Source: Antedon mediterranea
Lineage: Eukaryota > Animalia > Echinodermata
Direction of reading: 5' to 3'
DNA: 64,000 nucleotides
Assembly (NCBI RefSeq): GCF_964355755.1
Contig: NC_092672.1
Location: 22,953,237-23,017,236 of the forward strand
Numbering within the stretch: position 1 is the first letter of the stretch; each line of letters opens with the position of its first letter. Shown in pieces: positions 36,481-50,800 of this stretch. The position numbers and the translations under genes were made by a program. Under the pieces are notes generated by a model that was given only the letters and a program-made list of their open reading frames with translations, had not been told where the DNA came from and did no database searches.

Positions 36481-37080
36481 TAACAATTCTTGTCCAGTAT
36501 TGGTCTTCATTATTTCAAATCTTTAAAAGTAAAATTTTCACTGTAGAGTATTTGTGTTGTAGCTGTTTAACAATTCTTGTCCAGTATTGGTCTTTGTTAT
36601 TTCATATCTTTAAAAGTAAAATGTTCACTGTAGAGTATTTGTGATGTAGTTGTTTAACAATTCTTGTCTAGTATTGGTCTTCATTTCATATCTTTAAAGT
36701 AAAATGTTCACTGTAGAGTATTTGTGATGTAGCTGTTTAACAATTCTTGTCCAGTATTGGTCTTCACTATTTCATATCTTTAAATGCAAAATGTTCATTA
36801 TAGAGTATTTGTGATGTAGTTGTTTAACCATTCTTGTCCAGTATTGGTCTTCACTATTTCATATCTTTAAAAGTAAAATGTTCACTATAGAGTATTTGTG
36901 ATGTAGTTGTTTAACAATTCTTGTCCAGTATTGGTCTTCATTTCATATCTTTAAAAGTAAAATGTTCACTGTAGAGTATTTGTGATGTAGCTGTTTAATA
37001 ATTCTTGTCCAGTATTGGTCTTCATTTCATATCTTTAAAAGTAAAATGTTCATTATAGAGTATTTGTGTTGTAGCTGTTT
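36481..37080. repeat. ~85-87-bp minisatellite, about 7 copies
   Basis: taacaattcttgtccagtattggtctt...gtagagtatttgtgatgtag units. Confidence 0.9.
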
Positions 37081-37356
37081 GTCATGTTGGTTTACCTGCT
37101 TGTCTTTACATTCTATTAGTATGTTAAACATTTTGTACAGAGAGTTAAGTTTTACATTTTACTCAGTTGTTGCTTGTCTTTATTGAAAATGATACTTTAA
37201 TATCAGTGGTACTGGTGTCACACAGTGCATCCAAAAAGAACAAACAAAAACAACATAAAAATTAATTAAATGAACAAATTGAAAGAACATGAAATGTACA
37301 TTAAGCTTCTAAACGTTCTTATACATTTTAAAGTGAATTTATTTGTTCCTTTCTAA

Positions 37357-39430
37357 TTAATAAAGTATCAAATACATTCTACAGTATTGTCTTATACCTG
37401 TTATATCATGTTGGTTTATCTGTGGCTTTCTATTTAATAAAGTGTATCAAATACAGTATTGTTTTATACCTGTTATATCATGTTGGTTTATCTGTGCCTT
37501 TCTATTTATTAAAGTGTATCAAATACAGCATTGTTTTATACCTGTTATATCATGTTGGTTTATGTGTGCCTTTCTATTTAATAAAGTGTAATACAGTATT
37601 GTTTTATACCTGTTATATCATGTTGGTTTATCTGTGGCTTTCTATTTGATAAAGTGTAATACAGTATTGTTTTATACCTGTTACATCATGTTGGTTTATG
37701 TGTGCCTTTCTATTTAATAAAGTGTAATACAGTATTGTTTTATACCTGTTATATCATGTTGGTTTATGTGTGGCTTTCTATTTAATAAAGTGTAATACAG
37801 TATTGTCTTATACCTGATATATCATGTTGGTTTATCTGTGGCTTTCTATTTAATAAAGTGTAATACAGTATTGTTTTATACCTGTTACATCATGTAGGTT
37901 TATGTGTGCCTTTCTATTTAATAAAGTGTAATACAGTATTGTTTTATACCTGTTATATCATGTTGGTTTATGTGTGGCTTTCTATTTAATAAAGTGTAAT
38001 ACAGTATTGTTTTATACCTGTTATATCATGTTGCTTTATGTGTGCCTTTCTATTTAATAAAGTGTAATACAGTATTGTTTTATACCTGTTATATCATGTT
38101 GCTTTATGTGTGCCTTTCTATTTAATAAAGTGTAATACAGTATTGTTTTATACCTGTTATATCATGTTGGTTTATGTGTGCCTTTCTATTTAATAAAGTG
38201 TATCAAATACAGTATTGTTTAATACCTGTTATATCATGTTGGTTTATCTGTGGCTTTCTGTTTAATAAAGTGTAATACAGTATTGCTTTATACCTGTTAT
38301 ATCATGTTGGTTTATCTGTGGCTTTCTATTTAATAAAGTGTAATACAGTATTGTTTTATACCTGTTATATCATGTTGGTTTATCTGTGGCTTTCTGTTTA
38401 ATAAAGTGTAATACAGTATTGTTTTATACCTGTTACATCATGTTGGTTTATGTGTGCCTTTCTATTTAATAAAGTGTAATACAGTATTGTTTTATACCTG
38501 TTATATCATGTTGGTTTATCTGTGGCTTTCTATTTAATAAAGTGTATCAAATACAGTATTGTTTTATACCTGTTATATCATGTTGGTTTATCTGTGGCTT
38601 TCTGTTTAATAAAGTGTATCAAATACAGTATTGTTTTATACCTGTTATATCATGTTGGTTTATCTGTGCCTTTCTATTTAATAAAGTGTATCAAATACAG
38701 TATTGTCTTATACCTGTTATATCATGTTGGTGTATGTGTGCCTTTCTGTTTAATAAAGTGTATCAAATACAGTATTGTTTTATATCTGTTATATCATTCA
38801 TGTTGGTTTATGTGTGCCTTTCTGTTTAATAAAGTGTAATACAGTATTGTTTTATACCTGTTATATCATGTTGGTTTATGTGTGCCTTTCTATTTAATAA
38901 AGTGTAATACAGTATTGTTTTATACCTGTTATATCATGTTGGTTTATCTATGGCTTTCTATTTAATAAAGTGTATCACATACAGTATTGTTTAATACCTG
39001 TTATATCATGTTGGTTTATCTATGGCTTTCTATTTAATAAAGTGTATCAAATACAGTATTGTTTATACCTGTTATATCATGTTGGTTTATCTATGGCTTT
39101 CTATTTAATAAAGTGTAATACAGTATTGTTTTATACCTGTTATATCATGTTGGTTTATCTGTGGCTTTCTATTTAATAAAGTGTATCAAATACAGTATTG
39201 TTTAATACCTGTTATACCATGTTGGTTTATCTGTGCCTTTCTATTTAATAAATTGTAATACAGTATTGTTTTATACCTGTTATATCATGTTGGTTTATCT
39301 ATGGCTTTCTATTTAATAAAGTGTAATACAGTATTGTTTTATACCTGTTATATCATGTTGGTTTATCTGTGGCTTTTTATTTAATAAAGTGTATCAAATA
39401 CAGTAATTGTTTTTAACTCTTATACTATGT
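37357..39430. repeat. 68/72-bp satellite, about 30 copies
   Basis: aatacagtattgttttatacctgttatatcatgttggtttat..gctttctatttaataaagtgt(atca) units; explains the repetitive ORFs at 37422-39176. Confidence 0.95.
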
Positions 39431-39987
39431 TGGTTGGTCTATCTATTTTAATAAACTGTGTCAAACATGATGTAAAGTATATTTATTTTTGGTTCATCTG
39501 TTGCCCCTGCTTGTTGTTTGAACTTAGACTACATTAATCTAATAACCTTTGCCTTAGTTTACTGTTTGTTTGTCACCCTGTTATTCCCTTAGTAATATCA
39601 TCTGATAAACTTACAGCAAATATTAAACCAGACTTTGTTGCACTATTGTAGCATTAAATATAGTAGTTTGTTTAAATACTTTTTTAAACACTCTAAAATT
39701 CACAGTACACTTTTTTCAGTTTGTCTTCTGTCTTTATACAATTTTGTTTAAATATTATTATTAACCAAATTACAAAATAGTGTATAATTTACTTTATTAT
39801 TATTTAAATCCAAAGTTGTTTAAATATATTAAGTCTTTTGTCAGAATGTCTTATATTAGCAGTTTTTTTTTAAATTTCAACTCCGTATTTTTATTTTAAA
39901 ACAAGCTAATTTATTATTATGTCTGACCACTATTGCTGAATTTATTATTATATTTGACGAATAATTGTCTTCACTATTTCTGAAGTC

Positions 39988-40095
39988 AGAGTAGTTAGAT
40001 TGTTGTGCTATCCTTCTCAGTAAGCCAGAGTAGTTAGATTGGTGTGCTTTCCTTCTCAGTAAGCCAGAGTAGTTAGATTGTTGTGCTTTTCTTTT
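39988..40095. repeat. 39-bp tandem repeat, 3 copies
   Basis: agagtagttagattg.tgtgct...cttctcagtaagcc. Confidence 0.85.
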
Positions 40096-40305
40096 CAGTG
40101 CAGTCAAAATTGTTTGTGCCGCTGCCTCCATGTTGTAACCATTGTCATGAGTTTAACAATAATCTGTTAAATGTACCCTTTCGTAAAACTAAACGATGGA
40201 AACACTCAGTTCCTGTTATTACTAATATCATTAATAATATTTATTTACTAATTCCTTGTATGAACCTCGAGTAAAATTATTAATTGTATTTTTACAAGAC
40301 CTTAA

Positions 40306-43300
40306 GAGCCATTGTCTGTAAAAATCAAAGATTTGGTGGCAGATATAAAAAAATAGATTTCTCTCAAATTTTTACCATGAATAGACATTTCAATAAAAAG
40401 CATATCTACAACATTCATTTTAATTTTTAGCCTCCGTTGCCATGACAACGGTCAATTATCCAAATTTTGATGTTTTTGCCATTTTTCACAGATTTTCTAT
40501 AGTGAAAAAGTACAAACTTGTATACTTATTTTAACCAAAAATACTTACAGTATACAGTTTTTGTTTATAGCAGTGTAAACAACATGTATTGAGTTCCATT
40601 TAATGTAGAAAAAAAAAATTACAAAATGGAGTTTGGTTGATACCATTATTTTAAAAAGGGGTGTTTTAAAAAAATATTTTTTTTATAAAAGTATACCTCA
40701 TAAACGTACCTATAACTTCCAAAGTGGTGTTTTTAAATCAATGAGGTTTTTTAATTTGATAGTCAATAGGTTTTTCAACAATAATCACAAAAAAAACACT
40801 GGGGTAAATTTCGTACATAGGTTTTGTGTTGCCAGGAAAATACGAAAAATGCAAAAAATATAACAAAATATCAACTAACAAAACACATGAAACACAATTT
40901 AAATATGGCTAATCCAATAATAAAATGTATATATGGCTTGTCATAATGCTACTAGAGTCATACGAATAGTTTAGATAAAATAGGAGAATGCGTTGCCAGG
41001 TTTATTTCAATTAATTACCAGAAAAACAGTATTTTGCATTGAAATATTTAGTTGATGGAAAATAATGTTAAACTTGGAAATAATTGAGTCAATGGTTTTT
41101 ATAAATTTTTAAATCTATTTTGTGTAAAGAGATACAGAAAGACCTCCCAAAAAATCTGACCTTGTAAATAGGTCATTTGAGGTCAAAAGGGGTCAGAATG
41201 CAAAACAGGACAGGTCCCCACTTTACTACAACTATTAATGTTTGATCAAAATTTACAAGATAGTTTATAACAATTCTCAACAATTTTCATATTTTACCTA
41301 TAGTGTTACCTTAGCAACCATTTCTATGTGTAACTAAGGAAAGTAAGTTAAAAAAAAAACGTAAAAAATGGCGTTTTTATATATACAAAGAATTGATTGC
41401 ATTTGTACATGTTTCTCAATTTTACTTCTACTGCATTCCATTAATGACAAACTTGACTTTGTAAATTCATTCATTTTGAGGTCAACATTTTACCATAGTA
41501 ACTGTTTCTATGCGAAAATTTAAAAAAAATAAGGGGTTTTTCATAAATAAAAAACATTTTTTCTACATAGTTTTACATTTCTACTTTTTGCCAAATTTAC
41601 TTTAAATACTGAATCCTAATAATCTCAGAAAGAAAGTCTTGACGAATCTGAATAAAGGTAAAAAACAATGACCTTTAGTGTTATCTTAAACCTGTTTAAC
41701 GTAACAAATGATATCAAAAAAAAAAATTAAATATGGAGTTTCATGAAAAAAAAAAAATTTTACATATTGAGGTCAAATGACATCAACATTTTACCTATAG
41801 TGTATTGTAGCAACTGTTTCTATACGTAACTAAGTACAATATTTTTAATATGGGGTTTCATGACTACAAACAATTGATTACATAGCTTTACTACCTTTTC
41901 CCAAATTTACTTATCTACTGAATCCCAGAAAATGTCTGACCTTGTGAAAGGGTCATTTTTTGGGTCAAGTTATGTCAAAATGTATTATTTATCTTATCTT
42001 AGAACCTGTTTCTATGCGTAACTAAGGATAATCGTTTTGTTAAATACAGTTGAACCTCCCGTAAAAGGCCACCCTCGGGACCTGAAAAAGTGGCCGCTTA
42101 CGGGCGGTGACCCCTTACGGGAGGTTCTGCCGATAGAGGGCCAAAATCACTTATTATGGCTATATACGATATTCTTAACGAAACGAGCCTCTCATCTCAA
42201 TTTTCCAGCTAATTGTATGCATATTATTATTTATAATCAGGTGGTTTAGTATTTTTTAGCATTTTCAGACAAATTTTAAAAACTTTTATCATATGAAAAA
42301 TGGTCGGTCAAAATCTGTGTAGTTTTCTCATCTCTTCACAGTAATGTTTTTAAAACCTCTTCAAAATAAAGCTAATATATAAAGAAATACAATAAATATG
42401 CACCTCTAATTCATAGGTCCATGCAATAAGTATCACATTTTTCGATTGGCCGCTTACAAAAAATCTCATTTTTAGTATAAAAAGGTGCTCGCAGCTGCTT
42501 ACGGTAAGCACCAAATGCACTAATTAGATAGGAAGAACAAACAGGCTTTTCAAAGTGCGTCCGTTAAGGGAGGTGGCCGCTGTAAATAAAATATGGGGTT
42601 TTCATGAATACAAATAATCACAGAAGAAAGTGCTTACGAATATGACCTTGTGAAACGGTAATTTGAAAATGCAAATAAGGCATGCCTGCTAATAATCTAC
42701 AAATTTAAATTTGTATGAGATAAATATGCAAAATCTAAAGAATATCTCATTTTTAGTTACCATAGTAACTGTTGCTATGCATAACTAAGGGAAATTAAAT
42801 AATTATCAGATAATTATTAATTAATAATTATTACTGAATCCAACCATCACAGTAAAACAAATATAGAATTTAAAACCAATATTTAATAATAAAGTGTGAT
42901 ATTTTACATGCTGACCTTAAATGAAATGAAATTTCAAATCAGGGCTTCAATATTTGTTATGTAGCATTAACATACCTGAGTATATCATTGACTTTTGATT
43001 GGTTCTATTTTGGGGAGGGGAAAGTGGTGGATCCAGGACTTTTAAATAGTTAGGTGGTTGAAGGCGAGGGTCTAAAAACTTAACTTTATGTCCTATCTTT
43101 TGCATTGCAATTTTTAACTTGGGGTGGGTGGGGGCTTGGAGAAAAGGGGAAGGTGGTGGGATGGAGGAGTTTGAATCCGTCTATTCATTGGGGCGATAGT
43201 AGCGGCAGTGTGGGTGGTGCTTGAATGCATGCATTTGACACTCTATAGTGGATGATCGACCAAAGTGTTGCAGTTTATCTTTTTGTGGTTATAGTCGGGG

Positions 43301-44114
43301 TGGGGGTGGGGAGGGGTGGTAGTCAAAAGTGGTGGTAGATGGGCATGTGGGATCTGCTTAGGTTAGCAAATAAAAGAAGTAAACAAATGAAAGAGGAGCT
43401 TCAAAATAAGAGAGGAGTAATCTGTTGCAAAGATTAAAATTCACAACGATCTGATAATTTATTCAAATTCAAGGAATTTTTCTGACCAATGAGTTTCAAA
43501 TCAAATAATCAAAGAAAATAAAATGTTTTTACTAATATACCATGTTTTTGTTTTTTTATAAAAATGCCTATGTTTCTTGCAACACTGCTTGTAGATTTTA
43601 AATTTACCCCAGTATTTTATTTTAGAAATCAATTATTAAACATTAGAACTACCTATTTGTAATAAATCAGCTAAAAAAATACACCACTTTGGGCGTTATG
43701 GTGAAGTAAAGTTTAGTTGCATTGAACAATTTAAAAAAAGTGAAAAACACCCCTTTTTAAATAAATGGTATCTCCCAAAGTATGAAATAAAAAAAAATAA
43801 AAAAATTTGAAACAGGTACACAATGCATTGTTATTATGCATACACAAATTATTTTTTATAATTAAATGAACAACACAAAAATATCGTTCATCAAAGTAGT
43901 GCCAATATCCATTTTAAAAAACCTTAAAAAAGGACAAAATTTGTCAAAAACACAAATTTGGCCTTTGCCATGGAAATATACGTGTGAAATAAAAAATACT
44001 TCATATTTGATTTCTCTCAACACATATATAGCCATGTGCAAAATTTGAAAGAAATCCATTTTTTTAGTCTGCCACTCTTTTTGATATTTCTTTGATTCTT
44101 ACAGACAATGGCTC
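40306..44114. mobile_element. Sola3-like non-autonomous DNA transposon
   Basis: TTAA TSD, GAGCCATTGTCTGTAA...TTACAGACAATGGCTC termini, diverged long (about 550 bp) TIRs (e.g. aaaaaggggtgtttt/aaaacaccccttttt, actggggtaaattt/aaatttaccccagt); internal degenerate repeats about 41150-42790. Confidence 0.85.
42047..42582. mobile_element. Tc1/mariner (pogo/Tigger-like) MITE nested in the Sola3-like element
   Basis: TA|CAGTTGAACCTCCCGTAA...ggccacc start; right end gggaggtggccgCTG|TA; internal ggccgcttac repeats. Confidence 0.7.
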
Positions 44115-44861
44115 TTAATCAGTCATTATTAGGGTTTACCTGAGGTACCTTGATACACCTTGTTTGCTTTACCTAAAATGGTAATTCACGTTGGTTTGTA
44201 GTTCTAATCAACTAAATGATAAAAACAAAACAAACACTAAGTCACGCTATGTTGTAATTTGTATAGAATCCATTGAATTGCACTGGTTATCACTATATAA
44301 ATAATGATATAAAAGTGTTTGGTCTTCTGTACAACAACCACTTGTATTCAACTTTTGAAGAGGAACCGTTGCATATTTTGGATTTATTTTATTTTAGCAT
44401 TGCTCCACTGTAAGTGTTCATAGTACTTGTAGGTCTAAATAATGTTATAACATTATTTGATAGAGAAAGCATTGGTTGAGGAAATTGTTGATAGAAGAGA
44501 CATTGTATTATACATTTACTCCTATTTCAACATCATGTTCAGTTCTTGTAGTGTGTTTATATTTGTTACTTTCAAAATTAGAAGGAGGGATGCTTTTATT
44601 TAAGAAAAGGGTGACTTAAAGCCACAACAGTCTATAGATGATTCTAATGATATGTTGCTTCATCACCTTTGCTGTTGTGATGAGCTGTTATCACTAAGTA
44701 TCTACCATTAATATTCAAGTAACTCGTAATCATCTATTTTTTAATGTGTGTGTTACTTTAATATAAACCCTACAAATTTTGAATTGACAAATTGTTTCTA
44801 TTTTAAACCGTTTTAAACATTATACATTGTTTCTGCCTTTTTTTAATTTAGCAGAATTGTA

Positions 44862-47800
44862 ATGGATTTCATCAAACAAGAACTTCTTAATATTTGTGCA
44901 TTCAATGGCATTCAGGTAGGCAAGTTTACAATGTTTTAGTATAATACAATTTAACCAGCAACAATTAACTAGCAATACTTACAGTAGCCTCTTAGCAACT
45001 TAATAAATTGTTCTATGAGCTAATGCGCTGGAAACGGAAGAGATATAAAGCAAGTAACTAAATGAATTAAAAGTCACAATATGGCAGTATAAAATAGGGT
45101 CACAACAACTTCAACTTACAGTGCCATAATGGATCACAATGATCATTGTAGTGCTTATAAATACTCTTGGCTCATTTGATGTGATTGTTTTGTTTATTTA
45201 TTTGACCAGCATGACATCAATACAATACATGCAATAAAATATATGAAAGATGAAAAATGCTGGGCAGGGGCAGCTTAAGCAAAATACATTGCTGTAAATC
45301 AAACAAGCCAGCTACCCTTCATACAAAAATAAATATTTAAAAAATAATTAAATACAAATTTCAAATTTTTCTATAAAAATGTCTACAAAATTTAAGACAA
45401 GAAGAAAAAAAACTTATTTATTTGGGCAATCTAATATATTATGATAATATTATAATATAATGGCTGTAATTTAAAACAACATGGAATGTATGTTGTCTAT
45501 GTTTACTATAGTATATGTATTTTAATGAAAAATGTAACTGATTGCATATTGATCTATATGTTTTATTTCATAGATTGCAAGAGAAAAAACTGCTGAAGAA
45601 ATTTTCCATTTCATTGTCAGCAACAAAGCTGTCAACATCAAGAACCAGGTATACAATCAATTTGTTTTCCTTTGTAATGAATTTGATAATACAAACCAAA
45701 ATTACTTGACACTAATTAAAGTGCATCAATACTAATAAATTTGTTTTTAAGATCTTTTATAAGTGTTCTCTGGTTGCATATTTGTAGTTAACATTCACAC
45801 TGATTGTTAAAAGCATCATATTTGTTTCACTTCTTGAGTATTTTTTAGTGTTAAAAAGTATATTGTGTGTTTATATCTTATCTTAGCTGTATGTTAGATG
45901 GTTTGTATATTGTGTGTTTATATCTTATCTTAGCTGTATGTTAGATGGTTTGTATATTGTGTGTTTATATCTTATCTTAGCTGTATGTTAGATGGTTTGT
46001 ATATTGTGTGTTTATATCTTATCTTAGCTGTATGTTAGATGGTTTGTATATTGTGTGTTTATATCTTATCTTAGCTGTCTGTTAGATGGTTTGTATATTG
46101 TGTGTTTATATCTTATCTTAGCTGTATGTTAGATGGTTTGTATATTGTGTGTTTATATCTTATCTTAGCTGTATGTTAGATGGTTTGTATATTGTGTGTT
46201 TATATCTTATCTTAGCTGTATGTTAGATGGTTTGTATATTGTGTGTTTATATCTTATCTTACACAGCAAAATTCTGATTCTTGTTTTAAGAAAAAAAAAA
46301 CTTTTTTCAAGCAAAATATTTCTTGAAACAAGTAAATTTTGACTTGTCCGTATTTCAATACTTTTTTGCTTACCAAGAATCGTAAAATTCTTAACAAGAA
46401 TCACACAAATTCTTATCAAGAAAATTATTCTTACCAAGAAATAATACTTTAAGAACAATATTCTTACCAAGAATTTAATTGTTTTTTTCATTCTTGTTTT
46501 AAGCACTATCTGCCTTAAAATAAGTAACAATTTATCGATTTTTTAAAATAGAATTCTTGTTTCAAGCAATATTTTTCTTAAAATAAGTAAGAATATTCCG
46601 ATTTGTATTTTTTTGAATTCTTGTTTCAAGCAAGATATTTCTTAAAATAAGTAAGAATATTCCAATTTGTATTTTATAGAATTCTTGTTTCAAGCAATAT
46701 ATTTCTTAAAATAAGTAAGAATATTCCGATTTGTATTTTTTTGAATTCTTGTTTCAAGCAAGATATTTCTTAAAATAAGTAAGAATATTCCGATTTGTAT
46801 CTATATATAAATTTACGTAAGGGCAAAATTCGGTAATTCGCGCCTTACTTCTAGAATTTTTACTCGATGGTATATAAAGTTGGTTCGTACTTTCGGTACT
46901 GATTTTAACCACCTGATGTAACCCTGTTTACTAATTAAATTAAGTTAGATAATTAGTTATTGACGATTAAAACGAATTTAGGTTCAACGATTTGCCCCAA
47001 ATAGGGGTGTTTTCCGACCGTGGTATACACTGTCTAATGGATGTCCATCTTGAAAAATACCCGCCACAAAAATGCGAGGAGGCTTCGCATTTTCCTATCT
47101 CCTCCTACGATAATTGTTTTTAATAGCTGAAAACCGGTTGAACAGCTAGAGTAAAGCATCATAATGTTGAAGACAGGCCGATTTTCTTTTAAAAATACTA
47201 TTTTGATACATTTAATATACGTTTTTACAAATGTATTGATTTGCGATGAATGGAACATTCCAAATTATTTGGTTTAACCATACAGGTATAGATTTAGATT
47301 TATGGGCCCCCTTGGAGAATAAACATAAATAGTATTGCAACGCTGTACAATACTGTTAAGGTATTTTAATGGTTAAAACCACTTTTGATCGCAATATGTA
47401 ATATAAAAATATATACAAATAAACTTTATTACTGTGAGTGTGGGTAGGCCCTACTGTTAGATTATAAACATATAATATACAAATAAACATTCCAAATTAT
47501 TTGGTTTAACCATAGAGGTATAGATTTAGATTTATGGGCCCCCTTGGAGAATAAACATAAATAGTATTGCAATGCTGTACAATACTGTTAAGGTATTAAC
47601 CACTTTTGATCGCAATTTGAATCGCAAATTTCTTACTGTGAGTGTTGGTACTGTTAGATGTAATATAAAAATATATACAAATAAACTTTATTACTGTGAG
47701 TGTGGGTAGGCCCTACTGTTAGATTATAAACATATAATATACAAATAAATAAACGTTATTACTGACAGTTGCTTCTCAACGTTTGTATTAATTAATAATT

Positions 47801-50800
47801 TAAAAATATATAAACGTCGTAGTGGTGTATCGTTACATGTACTTTACTATTTCAATCGACTATGACAGTGAGAGTTTTAACAAAGTACCGTATTAAATCG
47901 TAAATGTTTTACTGTATTTAGTGGTATATTATTTATAGGCCTATAAAACATTAAAAACAATATTTCATTACTGAGTGGATAAGAATATATTTTAAAATGT
48001 TTCCTCTTTGTACCTATCTTCTTCCCCCATCCCTCAACCCTTAATGTTACATACAAAACACAAATTGGGTTTGTTTAAATGAGTCCAAATAAAAAAATTT
48101 GACTCATTTTGTTTCTCCCTCGGAAGTAATTCCCAGGGTGCTAATTTTGGTTGACTACATAAATCATTGTGTATATTTATTCGTTTCTGTAAACGACAAT
48201 GTATTATAGTCCTGCGGTACGTACATTTGAAATCTCCATTTTTTTCTCGCTGGAAATACTGTGTATTCGAGAACCATCTGTGGGCACGACCTAGATGGTA
48301 CGCGAGCAAAGCGAGCGTGCCATCTAGTTTTATAGAATTCTTGTTTCAAGCAATATATTTCTTAAAATAAGTAAGAATATTCCGATTTGTATTTTTTTGA
48401 ATTCTTGTTTCAAGCAAGATATTTCTTAAAATAAGTAAGAATATTCCGATTTTTATTTTTTGAATTCTTGTTTCAAGCAATATTTTTCTTAAAATAAGTA
48501 AGAATATTCCGATTTGTATTTTTTGAATTCTTGTTTCAAGCAATATTTTTCTTAAAATAAGTAAGAATATTCCGATTTGTATTTTTTGAATTCTTGTTTC
48601 AAGCAATATTTTTCTTAAAATAAGTAAGAATATTCCGATTTGTATTTTTTTGAATTCTTGTTTCAAGCAAAATATTTCTTAAAATAAGTAAGAATATTCC
48701 GGTTTTTATTTTTTGAATTCTTGTTTCAAGCAATATTTTTCTTAAAATAAGTAAGAATATTCCGATTTGTATTTTTTGAATTCTTGTTTCAAGCAATATT
48801 TTTCTTAAAATAAGTAAGAATATTCCGATTTGTATTTTTTGAATTCTTGTTTCAAGCAATATATTTCTTAAAATAAGTAAGAATATTCCGATTTGTATTT
48901 TTTGAATTCTTGTTTCAAGCAATATTTTTCTTAAAATAAGTAAGAATATTCCGATTTGTATTTTTTGAATTCTTGTTTCAAGCAATATTTTTCTTAAAAT
49001 AAGTAAGAATATTCCGATTTGTATTTTTTGAATTCTTGTTTCAAGCAATATATTTCTTAAAATAAGTAAGAATATTCCGATTTTTATTTGTAGAATTCTT
49101 GTTTCAAGCAATATTTTTCTTAAAATAAGTAAGAATATTCCGATTTGTATTTTTTAGAATTCTTGTTTTAAGCAATATTTTTCTTAAAATAAGTAAGAAT
49201 ATTCCGATTTGTATTTTTTTGAATTCTTGTTTCAAGCAAAACTTTTTTAAAAATAAGTAAACAAGAAGTCTTATCAAATAAAAACCAGTAAATGTTTACT
49301 TATTTTAAGAAAAGTATTGCTTGAAACAAGAAGTCTATCAAATTAAAATTCGTAAATTCTTACTTATATTGGGAAAAAAATTGCTTGAAACAAGAATTCT
49401 GTAAAATATAAATCATTAAAAATTTATTTTAAGAACGATAAATGAATACTCATTTTAAGTAATATTTTACTTAAACAAATAAATTCAAGAATGTTATAAA
49501 ACATAATATTAACAATACTGTTATTTTCATTAAGAACTACAATTTACATGACATTAGGTACAATAATATATACAACTTCTTTAATACAAACTTGTTTTTA
49601 TTAATAATGAAATGCCATCAAAAGAAAACTTAAAAACATTAAAATGGTAAAATACAAATTTCGTAAAATTCTTCTCCCGCACCTGGGCTTTAAACTATTA
49701 GGTGTCTTTAGATTTATTAATGTATACTAATGATGATTCAACAGTCTTTGTCAAGTGTACAGGTGTGTTTTCATCACAAATCACTAACTGTTAAAGGATA
49801 GTGAGGCCTACTTCTTTTCATTTTGGATAATCGAAATCCAGAAGGTAAAAAGTGGAGAGGAGAGTAACTAGAGCCTCATCTAATTTTGCTTTCTTTGTAG
49901 TTAGAATTGTTTGCTAAACTTTAATGTAGGCCATTTCTGTGTCCAAAAGCAATACCGGCATATTACCTGATCGGCGTGCAGGCCTCGAATTTGGGGATTT
50001 TAGGGGCAAGGCCATTTGGCCTCCGGTTTTCATTGATTTTAGGGGCACCAAGGCCAAATGGGAGGGCACCAAGGCCATTTGTTTTAAATCAAAGGGGCAC
50101 CAAGGCCAAAATTAAAAAATATTTTAATAACTAGGCCAAAATTTTAAAATAGCTTGTTTCCGGTTGAGGGTGGAATTTTTTTCCAAAAAAAAAATTCTAC
50201 CCGCAAAATGTTTTGGGATTTCCCCCTATTCATCAGATCGCGGAGTAGTAGTAGGACTGTCTATACAATACATCTTTTTGTATTTCATATAAATATTACG
50301 TGTATTTACGATCCATATAAATAATAAATAGGTACGATGTTCAGCGTTTATAGTTTACCGTCCTGTGTTGAATGTTTCGTTTAGTTTCAAATAATGCGAT
50401 AAAAAGGCATGTGAAGCCAACCAAGTAAGGCCCGGAACAGGTATAAAAACCCTTACTTTACAACAGCAAGCTACTCAGCCTTACTTAGCTAGCAGCCGAC
50501 GGAGAAAACATGATACAAAAACAATTTGTTTGTAGGCCTTACCTACAACTATTCATACACAGTGTGTTAACCACGGTAAAAATCAAGCCAATTACATTAT
50601 GTAGTAGAATATAAATTATAGTTATTTTCCGAGTTTCGATTTCTGAAGCTTTTTTGTTAACCCATATTTATAAGAATTCAAAACACGGACGGACACCGAC
50701 CCCTTTCTCTCTCTGTTTAGCCTTCGGCACGTGTATTCTGGACTATACCATTTCCTTGAATTCGGTAAAAACGCGTTTGGTAATTTAGTGTACGACGTTG

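Noticed and set aside
48346-49111. Repetitive ORFs (21-aa units) as proteins
   Set aside because: By-product of the 63-bp CACTA subterminal array; likewise 56480-57156 (102-bp unit), 37422-39176 and the (GACA)n ORFs at 13087-14155.
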